Of a stretch of DNA of 62,778 nt, positions 16,996-26,174 are shown piece by piece. Origin of the DNA: Myxococcota bacterium (GTDB taxonomy: Bacteria > Myxococcota_A > Bradymonadia > UBA4248). A program made the translations under genes and the position numbers. How positions within the stretch are numbered: the first letter of the stretch is position 1; the number at the start of each line of letters is the position of its first letter. The DNA lies in contig JAZUKH010000265.1 of assembly GCA_045643185.1 (NCBI GenBank), positions 1 to 62,778 of the forward strand, written 5' to 3'. A model generated the notes under the pieces. The model searched no databases and was not told where the DNA came from. It worked only from the letters and a program-made list of their open reading frames with translations.

Positions 16996-17834
16996 TGGAA
17001 ACAAATTCGTCTGAATGCCCCAAAGTGGCGGTCATTCCCGTGGCGGGCAAAGGCACGCGTTGGTTGCCGGTCACGCGAACGGTGCCCAAGGAACTCTTGC
17101 CTGTCTGGCGCCGCACCAGTGCCAGCTACGCGTTCGAAGAGGCCGTCGTCGCCGGGTGCGAAGAGATCATCTTCGTCATTTCGCCAGACAAGGCTGACGT
17201 GCTACAACACTTTTTGCACTTCGATTCGACCGATCTTGGCCCCGGTTATAGCGAACGCTCGTTTGAATCGCTGCGTGAGCGCGTCAAAATTCGTGCCGCG
17301 TTGCAGGAAGAGCCGCGTGGCCTTGGGCATGCCATTTTGTGTGCACGCAAGGACGTCGGCGACCGCCCGTTCGCCGTTCTGTTGCCCGACGAAGTGCTCA
17401 TGGAAAACGGCATGAGCCTGTTGTTGCCCTCGACGCCGTCGTTGCTGCTCATGGAAGTGCCGTTCGCACAACGTCGTCATTACGGCATTGTCAAAGCAAC
17501 CAGGCAGGGTGACGATTATCTCATCGAGGATATGGTTGAAAAACCTGAACCGGCACTCGCCCCGTCATCCCTCGCCATTACCGGGCGATACGCTTTCACG
17601 CCCGAGATTTTTGACGAACTCGCCTCGCAAACGCCCGGTTATAACGGCGAGATACAGTTGACCGATGCCATGCGGCGTTATAATCGAAAACATCCTATGA
17701 AAGGCATCCTTTTTCAAGGCACTCGCCATGACGTCGGACAGCCGCTCGGACTCCTCACGGCGTCACTCGCTTTCGCTATGAAAGATCCAAACGTCGCTGA
17801 ACAACTGCGGGAACACCTCAAAACTCTGATTTAG
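16983..17834 (+). CDS. galU: UTP-glucose-1-phosphate uridylyltransferase
   Basis: 283 aa with VIPVAGKGTRWLPVTRTVPKELLPV. The real start may be ATG 16992, which forms an ATGA overlap with the upstream stop (16993-16995). Confidence 0.85.
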   Translation: MHAMMETNSSECPKVAVIPVAGKGTRWLPVTRTVPKELLPVWRRTSASYAFEEAVVAGCEEIIFVISPDKADVLQHFLHFDSTDLGPGYSERSFESLRERVKIRAALQEEPRGLGHAILCARKDVGDRPFAVLLPDEVLMENGMSLLLPSTPSLLLMEVPFAQRRHYGIVKATRQGDDYLIEDMVEKPEPALAPSSLAITGRYAFTPEIFDELASQTPGYNGEIQLTDAMRRYNRKHPMKGILFQGTRHDVGQPLGLLTASLAFAMKDPNVAEQLREHLKTLI

Positions 17835-17949
17835 GCCCCGCCAGGCGAAGGGGTAGCGGCGTATTGGTGGCGATTTGTAGAGACGCAAAATTTTGCGTCT
17901 CTACATAAATCGCCACCAATAGCCGCGTAGGGGGAGACTTCCCCCTCCC
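17834..17949. repeat. REP-like nested palindromic element, copy 1 (forward orientation)
   Basis: GGCCCCGCCAGGCGAAGGGGTAGCGGCGTATT - core TGGTGGCGATTTGTAGAGACGCAAAATTTTGCGTCTCTACATAAATCGCCACCA - AATAGCCGCGTAGGGGGAGACTTCCCCCTCCC. Confidence 0.9.
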
Positions 17950-18100
17950 TATCCAAAGACGTGTTCGTTATTCCCAAAAAAGCGTTTGTTTCAAAAAAAA
18001 GTTGAATAGAAAGCCCGCATTCGCGTTTTGAGCGGCGTTTTTTACGATGTCTCTGTGGATAGTCTCCACAGAGACTTACTTTTGATTAGGGCTTTTTTGG

Positions 18101-19654
18101 ATGAGAAAACTTAAATACGCATTATTGGGATTGTTGCTTGGTGCCAGCGTTTCGTCTGCGGCTGTGGCTCAGGATTTTTCGTACAAGGGCTACATTCTCA
18201 GCGATCTTCGCATGACCGTGGGTGGTCAGGATAGACCGAAAGACGTTCCGGCTGTCCGCTTTGAACGTTCCGATAACACGGTCGGTTTTACGGGCGCCTT
18301 TAACTTGGGCAAAGTCGATGCCGTTGCGGATATCGCGTTGACCTACTCCGGCCAGTCTGAAGTCGATGAACTCGACTCGCTGCATTTCCGTTCGCGCGTC
18401 GATCCCTTCTATATCGAGAGCGAAGCGCTCTACGTTCGTATCAATGACTTCATTATCGACGGTTTGGACGTGCGTTTGGGGCGTCAGATCCTTGACTGGG
18501 GTACGGCAGACCGCTTTAATCCGACGAACGTCATCAACGGACTCGACCTCGAAGACTACCAGGATTTTGGTCGCCGCGTCGCCAATGAAATGATCAACAT
18601 CAACTACTCCCCGGATTGGGAAGTGCTCTCGGATGAAGGCGATACGATCTTCGCCGATTTCCATGTTCAGTTGGTCGTGGTGCCCAAATTCAAATCCGGC
18701 CTCGTGCCTGAGTCGTCTGACTATGCCTTCGGCGAGCCGAACGAATTCCGTCGTTTTGTCAAATCCCAGACGCTGTTTAACCTGATCGACCTTCAGGAAC
18801 TCTTTTTGGAATATGGCGGTACCGTCATTTATGACGTTCACGTGAAAGAGCCCGATTTCAACATTAAAAATACGCAGGTCGGTCTGCGTTTTGGCTTCAA
18901 CCTTTTGGGCGTCGACCTCGACTTTATGGCCTATCACGGCTACGATCACAACATGCAGCCCAAGGACGTTCAGGTCAACGCGACCTCAACGCGTGCGGAC
19001 GTTCAGGAAGCGATCGATACGAATATTCACATGGTCGCCGGCAGCAAAGAGGATCGTGACGGCCTGATGGACATCATGCGTGCGTTCAGTTACGATGGTA
19101 TTTCGACGCTGACCGGTTATACGCACGTCGATGTCGTCTATCCTGAAGTCTGGGTCGTCGGCGCCGACTTCGCGACGAGTCTCGATTGGCTTTATGGTAT
19201 CGGTCTTTGGGGCGAGATCTCGTTCACGTACCATGATGATGTGCCCATCAACATCGACATCAATGGCACCGAAATTCACGAAAAACAGGTCGACAAAGGC
19301 TGGTTCGTGAAAGCGGTTCTTGGTTGGGATAACTCCTTCACGAGCTGGTTCTATCTCAACATGCAGTACATCTACGGCTTCGTGGATGAATTTGGTGACA
19401 ACGACCTCGAACACTACCTCATGCTCAACGCCGACTTCAAAATGCTTCAGGAACAGATCCTTTTGCGTATGTCGGTGGTCATGAACCTGACAGATGCGAG
19501 CGCGATCTTCATGCCCAGCTTGAGCTTCGGCTTCTGGCAGGGGCTCTCGCTCGTTGCTGGCGGCCTCTTCCACTTCGGCGAGGATGATTCGACCTTCGGT
19601 AACCGTACCACGGGCCCGAACTACGTCTTCCTTCAGGCCAAATACTCGTTCTAA
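18101..19654 (+). CDS. Putative outer-membrane beta-barrel protein
   Basis: 517 aa. Signal peptide ends AAVAQD. Amphipathic strand pattern throughout, and the C-terminus ...FLQAKYSF ends in Phe as in OMP beta-signals. Confidence 0.6.
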   Translation: MRKLKYALLGLLLGASVSSAAVAQDFSYKGYILSDLRMTVGGQDRPKDVPAVRFERSDNTVGFTGAFNLGKVDAVADIALTYSGQSEVDELDSLHFRSRVDPFYIESEALYVRINDFIIDGLDVRLGRQILDWGTADRFNPTNVINGLDLEDYQDFGRRVANEMININYSPDWEVLSDEGDTIFADFHVQLVVVPKFKSGLVPESSDYAFGEPNEFRRFVKSQTLFNLIDLQELFLEYGGTVIYDVHVKEPDFNIKNTQVGLRFGFNLLGVDLDFMAYHGYDHNMQPKDVQVNATSTRADVQEAIDTNIHMVAGSKEDRDGLMDIMRAFSYDGISTLTGYTHVDVVYPEVWVVGADFATSLDWLYGIGLWGEISFTYHDDVPINIDINGTEIHEKQVDKGWFVKAVLGWDNSFTSWFYLNMQYIYGFVDEFGDNDLEHYLMLNADFKMLQEQILLRMSVVMNLTDASAIFMPSLSFGFWQGLSLVAGGLFHFGEDDSTFGNRTTGPNYVFLQAKYSF

Positions 19655-19661
19655 TTTTTGT

Positions 19662-19730
19662 GAGGGGGAAGTCTCCCCCTACGCGGCTATTTCCCCATGA
19701 TGATGGGGAAATACGCCGCTACCCCTTCGT
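19662..19730. repeat. REP-like element, copy 2 (reverse orientation, minimal core)
   Basis: GAGGGGGAAGTCTCCCCCTACGCGGCTATT - TCCCCATGATGATGGGGA - AATACGCCGCTACCCCTTCG, between convergent genes. Confidence 0.9.
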
Positions 19731-19781
19731 CAACCATGACCGTTTAGGGATCACATGGTGTGAAAATGCCGCTGACCAGTT

Positions 19782-20384
19782 TTAGGCTGACTTGGTGTCG
19801 TTTTCCTTCGCTTTTTCACCTGTGATCGCAGCTTGGTTGTTCGATTGAGTCGTTTGTTGCGTCAAGGCCGGTTGGCGATGCGTGCATTTTTTGACGACGG
19901 CGCTGGTCAACCAGGCGAGTAACGCACCCATGACGGCACCCAAAAGCACGTCCGTGGGAAAATGCACAAACAGGTACATGCGTGAGAAACCGATCAGGGC
20001 TGCGATGATCAAGACGACGATACCGGGCTTTTTAAAATAGCAAAAGATCGATGTCGCCGCGGCAAAAGCCCAAGCGGTGTGGGTTGATGGACACGAATAG
20101 CTCGACGGGCATTTGACGAGCATCGTCACGGTTTGGTCGAGCTGACAGGGTCGGGCACGGGCGATGAGGTCTTTGAGACCAAATTGGCCCACGACAAACA
20201 CGAGGGCGTATGAGATCAATATGGCTAGACCGCACCAACGCGTTTTTTTGGGAATCAACAAGGCGATGGCGACGACGAGCCATATTTGTCCGTAACCACC
20301 CATGATGGTCGTCATGGCGTGAATGACGGCGTTAAGCCAGTCCGCATGTGTATTTTGAATCTCGTATAAGATCTGAAAGTCCAT
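19782..20384 (-). CDS. PAP2-family membrane phosphatase
   Basis: 200 aa. Shows the three PAP2 motifs KDLIARARP, CPSTH and SRMYLFVHFPTD, plus several TM helices. Confidence 0.8.
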   Translation of the reverse strand: MDFQILYEIQNTHADWLNAVIHAMTTIMGGYGQIWLVVAIALLIPKKTRWCGLAILISYALVFVVGQFGLKDLIARARPCQLDQTVTMLVKCPSSYSCPSTHTAWAFAAATSIFCYFKKPGIVVLIIAALIGFSRMYLFVHFPTDVLLGAVMGALLAWLTSAVVKKCTHRQPALTQQTTQSNNQAAITGEKAKENDTKSA

Positions 20385-20407
20385 GATGGCTAACCTGATA
20401 CTTGATA

Positions 20408-22681
20408 TTAATAATCGTCGTCATCGTCCATGGGGATCCCGTTGGGCAGATCCATGAGCGGCAGATCCTGCGAGATGAGTGGTCGGTGGCTGGCGTCGTA
20501 TTCTTCCTGTGAGAGTGGCGGTAAGCCTTTTTCGGCGCGGAGTGCGTTGGTCAGTGGTCGCGGCAGGTTGTCGTTCATGAGCATTCCGAGTTCGCGGCAT
20601 TCCGAAATGGTGGCCTCGGCGAGTTGGGCGAGTCCGATGGGGCAGTTATCGCGCTTGGCGTAGAATGCGGCTTTGAGTACAGCCTGTTTGATGTGACCGC
20701 CTGAGATCTCGAACTGCTCGCCGAGCAGGTCGAATGGGATGTCGTCGCGGATCGGTGCGCCTTTTGGGATCGAGGATCGGAAGAGGCGTCCGCGTGTTTC
20801 GCCATCGGGCATTGGAAAGTAGATTCTGTAACGAATACGACGTTTGAAGGCATCGTCGATGCTGCCTTCGAGGTTTGTCGTCAAAACGGTGACGCCTTCG
20901 AAATTTTCCATACGCTGCAAGAGGTAAGCGACTTCGAGGTTGGCGTATTTGTCGTTTGTGGATTTAACTTCGGTACGTTTTCCGAAGAGTGAGTCGGCTT
21001 CATCGAATAGGAGCATGACGCGTCCGCGTTCAGCTTCGTCGAAGACGCGGGCGAGGTTTTTCTCGGTTTCGCCGACATACCGGTTCATGATGCGTGAGAG
21101 GTCGACGCGGAAGAGGTCGAGGCCAAGGTAGTTGGCGATGATGCTTGCGGCCATGGTTTTACCGGTGCCGGGAGGACCATAAAAGAGCACGCTAAGGCCA
21201 CGTCCGTACGGGAAACGCTCGCTGAAGCCCCAGTCGCTGTAGATCGTGTCATGGGCGTCGGCGTAGAGCAGGACTTCGTCGAATTTGACGCGTTCGGCGG
21301 GCGGCAAAATGAGCTGATCGGGTTTGAACGTTGACGGTGGCACCATGTCGGCAAGGTCGCTCAGTTTGTGGGCGAAATAGGTTCGGCAGGCTTTGTCGAG
21401 GTCGTTGAGGTCGATCTTTTTGCGTCGCGAAATGAGGCTGAGTCGTTTGGCTTCGCCGGCCGCCTGACGGATCTGTGGTGCGGACATCTCGTATCGGCGA
21501 GAGATGGCATCCATGGCTTCTTCGGTCGGAATGCGTTTTTCGCCATCGAACGCTTCCTTCCAGAGTTCGAGTCGGTGTGGCTGATCGGGCAACGGAATGG
21601 CGACTTGTGGCCAGCCGGTCGTCAGTTGGACCATCCACATCGTCATGGATTCGCAGCCGACGATGAACTGCTCGCGACGGAAGTAGGTCTCGAGCACGAT
21701 CTGTTGGGAACCCATGATGAATTCGGGCAGACGGGCACAGCGAAAATACACGAAATCGTTGCCCAGCTTGGCTTCGCGGAACAGGTCGCTCAGACGAGCC
21801 TGAAGCGTTTCGGCGTCGAGGTTGAGCAGACTGGGCAGGTCAGCGCTCAACAAATTTTTGTTCATGAGCGTCGCGATGCCGTTGGCGACTTTTTCTTTGC
21901 CAGCGCCGGACGGGCCGGTCAGAGCGGCCGGGAAGTTTTGGGAGCGCACCAGTTGCAGCACGGCCGACTGGACGTACGGCGCGAGGTGCAGTTTGTCGAG
22001 GTCGACGTTCGTCGTCGTGCGCGTCGCGTAAGCCGAGATCGCTTCGTCGACCGGCATGTCGGGCTGGTTCGGCGCTTTGATGAATTCCAGAACGCGGTCG
22101 GCCACGATGGCCTGGCGGTTGATCAGGTTGCGTTCAAAGCCATTGAACGGATGCACGCGCTTTTCGATGCTGATCAGGCAGTTGCGGCGCAGCGGCTGAT
22201 TGTAGGCAAAACGGTCGAGGTAGAGGTCGATCTTGCGTTGGTTTTGATTCGCCAGAATGCGGCATACGGCACCGACGGTGATCGAGGTCTCACCGTGGTC
22301 GGCAACGGCAAAGTTACAAAGTTCACGCACCGCCGGGTTGATGCCCACGCCGGCCAAAAATGCCAGAATTTCGATATCTTCGATGCTCAGATCGAAGCGC
22401 GCAAAGAGCTCGGCGAGTCCAATGAAGTTTTCTTCCGGATCCTCGACCCATTTGATGACGTAGGAACGAAGACCGTCGTCGTATTTGGGAAGTCCCAAAA
22501 AGAGTGAGCTATCGACTTTTTTGAGTTCGCGAGCGGCTTCAGCCGCCGACATGCCGAAATTCGACGCCACGGCATCGTAGTTGTCCAGCTTCTTGTCCGC
22601 TGTCTCTAAATAGATGCGGATCTTGAGCTGCACGAAGGTCACGAGACTCATCAAATTTTGCGTTACGACATTTTCTTTCAT
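20408..22681 (-). CDS. Two-module AAA+ ATPase
   Basis: 757 aa. The C-terminal classic AAA module has FYGPPGTGKT, LLFDEADS and TTNLEGSIDDAFKRRIRYRIYF. The N-terminal degenerate P-loop is LTGPSGAGKE. Confidence 0.85.
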   Translation of the reverse strand: MKENVVTQNLMSLVTFVQLKIRIYLETADKKLDNYDAVASNFGMSAAEAARELKKVDSSLFLGLPKYDDGLRSYVIKWVEDPEENFIGLAELFARFDLSIEDIEILAFLAGVGINPAVRELCNFAVADHGETSITVGAVCRILANQNQRKIDLYLDRFAYNQPLRRNCLISIEKRVHPFNGFERNLINRQAIVADRVLEFIKAPNQPDMPVDEAISAYATRTTTNVDLDKLHLAPYVQSAVLQLVRSQNFPAALTGPSGAGKEKVANGIATLMNKNLLSADLPSLLNLDAETLQARLSDLFREAKLGNDFVYFRCARLPEFIMGSQQIVLETYFRREQFIVGCESMTMWMVQLTTGWPQVAIPLPDQPHRLELWKEAFDGEKRIPTEEAMDAISRRYEMSAPQIRQAAGEAKRLSLISRRKKIDLNDLDKACRTYFAHKLSDLADMVPPSTFKPDQLILPPAERVKFDEVLLYADAHDTIYSDWGFSERFPYGRGLSVLFYGPPGTGKTMAASIIANYLGLDLFRVDLSRIMNRYVGETEKNLARVFDEAERGRVMLLFDEADSLFGKRTEVKSTNDKYANLEVAYLLQRMENFEGVTVLTTNLEGSIDDAFKRRIRYRIYFPMPDGETRGRLFRSSIPKGAPIRDDIPFDLLGEQFEISGGHIKQAVLKAAFYAKRDNCPIGLAQLAEATISECRELGMLMNDNLPRPLTNALRAEKGLPPLSQEEYDASHRPLISQDLPLMDLPNGIPMDDDDDY

Positions 22682-22738
22682 TTTTGGGACCTCTCATTCA
22701 CCCGCATGACGTGGCAAAACCGGGGGCGATGTTCAAAA

Positions 22739-23047
22739 TTAGAACAATTTGGAGCAGACTTCGGGCTTAGGCGCCGAACAGGGTGAGGTTTCGATATCCT
22801 GCAGGCAATGGCGCGCGACTTCGCGGTTGTAATCGGGTTCGTAGGCTTCGCAAATGCGGAAAAAGTTTTTCTGGCAGTCTGCTTCGTTGGTGACATCGGT
22901 CAGACCACACGCGGCAAAGCTGCCGCACGTGGCGCATTTGGCGCACAATTTCGTGCTCGCTTGTTCGCAGAAGCTCGCGTGTTCATTCAAACAGCCAGTC
23001 AGGCCAATCAAAAGACCCAAACTCAAAAGTATTTCTAAGCGTCTCAT
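22739..23047 (-). CDS. Small Cys-rich lipoprotein
   Basis: Trimmed to the internal ATG (23045-23047), giving MRRLEILLSLGLLIGLTGC (lipobox LTGC). About 12 Cys in 102 aa. First gene of the minus-strand lipoprotein-AAA-PAP2 string. Confidence 0.6.
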   Translation of the reverse strand: MRRLEILLSLGLLIGLTGCLNEHASFCEQASTKLCAKCATCGSFAACGLTDVTNEADCQKNFFRICEAYEPDYNREVARHCLQDIETSPCSAPKPEVCSKLF

Positions 23048-23077
23048 AGCGCTCTCACTCCCCAAAACGAGTTTATC

Positions 23078-23086
23078 TGATATAAT
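23078..23086 (+). promoter_or_regulatory. Candidate extended -10 promoter (TGATATAAT) for rapZ
   Basis: TGnTATAAT match 58 nt upstream of the rapZ ATG. It is followed by the hairpin GCGTTGC-aacgg-GCAACGC (23091-23109) and TTTTA. Confidence 0.45.
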
Positions 23087-23143
23087 GTTGCGCGTTGCAA
23101 CGGGCAACGCTTTTACCACAGAACCCCGTCACAGGTCTCTAAA

Positions 23144-23989
23144 ATGAATTTGATCCTTATTTCCGGAATGGGTGGAAGCGGTCGCACAACGGCGCTCCAT
23201 ACGCTTGAAGACCTTGGTTTTTACTGCATGGATAACATGCCTGTCATTCTTCTCGACGAATTGTTGAAGCATTTGACAGCGCATCCTGAGATCCGACGGG
23301 TGGCGATCGGCATCGACATTCGTGACCGCGTTTTTTGGGAGCAAGTGCCGAGTGCACTCGACCAGCTCAAAGCTTCGGGCTACGTGCCCAAACTGCTGTT
23401 TTTGGATGCGGATGACGAAGTTTTGCGTCGTCGTTACAAAGAGACGCGTCGTCAGCATCCACTTGACCGCGCAGGAGACATTGCTGAAGCCATTCGTCGT
23501 GAACGCAAAATGCTCGAATCCTTGGCGCCATACATCAATACGCGTCTCGATACCTCCGAAATGACGCCGCACGAACTGCGCGCGTGGATGACGGCTCACT
23601 ACGGGTTCAAATCGAACAAAATGCGCGTTTCTTTCGTGAGTTTTGGTTACAAACACGGCATTCTGGACGACGCCGATCTCGTTTTCGACGTGCGTTTTCT
23701 CAAAAATCCGTATTTTGTGCCCGAATTGGCGCACAAGACCGGGTTGGATCAGGCTGTTCGTGATTACGTCTTTGAAGACCCCGATGCCACCGAGTTTTTG
23801 AACAAGACGCGTGACCTGATCATGTTTTTGTTACCGCGCTACCAGCGTGAGGGCAAATCCTACCTGACGATCGGCATCGGTTGCACTGGCGGACAGCATC
23901 GAAGCGTGACGCTTGCTTTGGCGCTCTACGAGTCGCTCAAAAACTGTGATGATTACGAATGGAACTGCGTGCATCGCGATGTCCGATAA
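23144..23989 (+). CDS. rapZ: RNase adapter / nucleotide-binding protein RapZ (YvcJ family)
   Basis: 281 aa. N-terminal MNLILISGMGGSGRTTALHTLEDLGFYCMDNMP and C-terminal IGCTGGQHRSV are typical of the family. Confidence 0.9.
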   Translation: MNLILISGMGGSGRTTALHTLEDLGFYCMDNMPVILLDELLKHLTAHPEIRRVAIGIDIRDRVFWEQVPSALDQLKASGYVPKLLFLDADDEVLRRRYKETRRQHPLDRAGDIAEAIRRERKMLESLAPYINTRLDTSEMTPHELRAWMTAHYGFKSNKMRVSFVSFGYKHGILDDADLVFDVRFLKNPYFVPELAHKTGLDQAVRDYVFEDPDATEFLNKTRDLIMFLLPRYQREGKSYLTIGIGCTGGQHRSVTLALALYESLKNCDDYEWNCVHRDVR

Positions 23990-24119
23990 GCAATTTGCCG
24001 TCATAAGCAATATCCGCTAAAAAGCACGTGGTTTTGTAGCGGATACGGTCAAATGAGGTCGTGGCTGAGTTTGGACGTGATTGGTTTTGATGCGTCTGGT
24101 TCGTTTCCAGGTTGGTGCT

Positions 24120-26000
24120 ATGAAGAGACCAGGTTTTGCGGTCGTCTTTGCCTGTTTGGTGGCCATAACGAGCGCATGTAGTGAAGACAGCACTTCTCCA
24201 TCCTGTATGCCGGTTTGCGGTCACAGTGAGTGCGGCGCCGACGGCTGCGGCGGCGTCTGTGGCACGTGTGGCGCCAACTCGACGTGTTCTTCGACCGGCG
24301 TTTGTGAGCCCAACTGCGTGCCGCGTTGTGACGGCCGTGAGTGCGGCGCCGACGGCTGCGGCGGCGTTTGCGGCACGTGTGGCGCCGATTCGACGTGTTC
24401 TTCGAGCGGTGTTTGTGAGCCCAACTGCGTGCCGCGTTGCGACGGCCGTGAGTGCGGTGACGACGGCTGCGGCGGCGTCTGCGGCACGTGTGCCGACGAC
24501 GCGTTTTGTAGCCGTCAGTTCGTTTGTAAACCTTTTGACCCGGCTTGCGTGCCCGACTGTGACGGCCGCGAATGCGGCTCCGACGACTGTGGCGGCTCGT
24601 GCGGCGATTGTGGCGAACTGGCTTGTGGCGTCGACGGCATTTGTCAATTTTATCAGCTCGCCGGACGCATCTTGTATGAAGAACAAACCATCGTGCTCGA
24701 TGAACAGCCATTGGTCGCCGATTCTCAGACGGGCGCTTCAACGGCGACTTACAAAAAGCCAACATTTGGAGACATCGTTGAGCGACCCGCACCAGGAATG
24801 TTAGTCACGCTTTTTGACGCTTCGGGCGAATCTTGGCTCGGACAGACCGAGACGCTCGACGACGGCTCGTTTCAAATGGAAGTCGAGCGGGCGCCGCTGC
24901 CGAGTGACGTGTTATACGTTATGCCCGTTTGGATGCCTCGAAATGAACCACTGGTGGCCGTCGTCAGAACTGAAAAGCAACAGATCGCTCAGGACTGGTA
25001 CACGGGCGACGTCTGGACGTGGTCAGTGCCGATCGACGACTATTTGATGGATGATCAGGACGCCATGCACGACATTGTCATCTCGGTCGACGAGGGCAGT
25101 GGCGCCATCCATTTGCTCAAGACGGTCAAAAAACTCTACCAGGGCATGCTCGACAACGCGTTTGTGAGCTCGGAGCTGGCGTTTCCAAGCATGGCCATTG
25201 TGTGGAAACCAGGTCAGTCATGGAGCTGCGGGACGTGCTATCGTCGGTCGCGTTCGATCTCGATCAGCGATGTGTACACGCTCTCAAAAACGATCGAAGT
25301 CGATGGTACGCTCGGCAACGGGTCCGCCTGGGAAACCGTGACCGTCATGCACGAATTTGGGCACATGATCATGGGGCAACGGCGCGACGACACGCCCGGT
25401 GGCTCACACTCTATCCGTTCTGCGTCCGATCCTCGACTTGCCTGGTCTGAAGGCTGGGCTCACTTTTATTGCGAATATGCTCAAAGCGTCGAAGCTGGGC
25501 GCTACGTCAGTGACTATTGGCGTCTGATGGGAAGCAACGCCAAGTCTGTAACTTATTGGCTCGATTTCGACGCCATTCACGAACGCGACATGGTCTTGTT
25601 CAATAAAGACGCGTTGAAGCCTGGTGTCGTCGAATGGCCCGATCCAAAAGCCGATCACCCCATGCTGCAAAATCTTTCCGAAGGCTATGTCGCCTGGATG
25701 TTGCTGCAACTTTGGGATGGCTCTGAATTTGACGACACGGGGAGCCTCGCTGATCCGTTGAACATTCCGATCACCGACTTTTGGACGGCACTCAAGAGCG
25801 ATCGCTTCAAGAGTGAAGAGCGTTACAATGCCGGCGACTCGGAACAAACCACAAAAAGACATGGTGAGGGCGTTGAACTGGTCGACTTTTTGGACGCGTT
25901 GGCGTGTCAGGAACTCGTCAATGCGTCGGAACTGGCTCAGTGGCTCGATTCCGTTGAGGCGTTTCCTTACGATGGCAAGCCAGTCTGCTCGATTCAGTAG
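24120..26000 (+). CDS. Secreted protein: four Cys-rich 37-aa repeats plus a C-terminal HExxH metalloprotease-like region
   Basis: Trimmed to ATG 24120 (MKRPGFAVVFACLVAITSAC). The repeat C-x-x-ECGxDGCGGxCGxCG occurs four times. HEFGH lies in VTVMHEFGHMIMG. Confidence 0.7.
   Translation: MKRPGFAVVFACLVAITSACSEDSTSPSCMPVCGHSECGADGCGGVCGTCGANSTCSSTGVCEPNCVPRCDGRECGADGCGGVCGTCGADSTCSSSGVCEPNCVPRCDGRECGDDGCGGVCGTCADDAFCSRQFVCKPFDPACVPDCDGRECGSDDCGGSCGDCGELACGVDGICQFYQLAGRILYEEQTIVLDEQPLVADSQTGASTATYKKPTFGDIVERPAPGMLVTLFDASGESWLGQTETLDDGSFQMEVERAPLPSDVLYVMPVWMPRNEPLVAVVRTEKQQIAQDWYTGDVWTWSVPIDDYLMDDQDAMHDIVISVDEGSGAIHLLKTVKKLYQGMLDNAFVSSELAFPSMAIVWKPGQSWSCGTCYRRSRSISISDVYTLSKTIEVDGTLGNGSAWETVTVMHEFGHMIMGQRRDDTPGGSHSIRSASDPRLAWSEGWAHFYCEYAQSVEAGRYVSDYWRLMGSNAKSVTYWLDFDAIHERDMVLFNKDALKPGVVEWPDPKADHPMLQNLSEGYVAWMLLQLWDGSEFDDTGSLADPLNIPITDFWTALKSDRFKSEERYNAGDSEQTTKRHGEGVELVDFLDALACQELVNASELAQWLDSVEAFPYDGKPVCSIQ
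24195..24650 (+). repeat. In-frame ~111-bp tandem repeats (x4, the last one diverged)
   Basis: GAGTGCGGCGCCGACGGCTGCGGCGGCGT recurs at 24228 and 24339, with variants at 24450 and 24570. The period is 111, 111 and 120 bp. Confidence 0.85.
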
Positions 26001-26174
26001 CGAAATTCGTCAGTCTGGGGCTGAAGCGCCGTCACGGGGGCCGCGCGTCTCCACTTCTTCTAGTATTCTGCGTTGTTTGTGATGATGCGTATTTTGGGGT
26101 AAGATAGCGCGTTGCCAAAAGGATTTGGCGTATTAATATGGCAAAAAAAAGCCACTGAAAGGGTGATATCAGTC

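Noticed and set aside
24181-24804. 207-aa and 224-aa ORFs in other frames across the Cys-rich repeat region
   Set aside because: These are artefacts of the GC-rich tandem repeats. Only the 24120 frame gives a signal peptide, regular Cys spacing and continuity with the HExxH domain.
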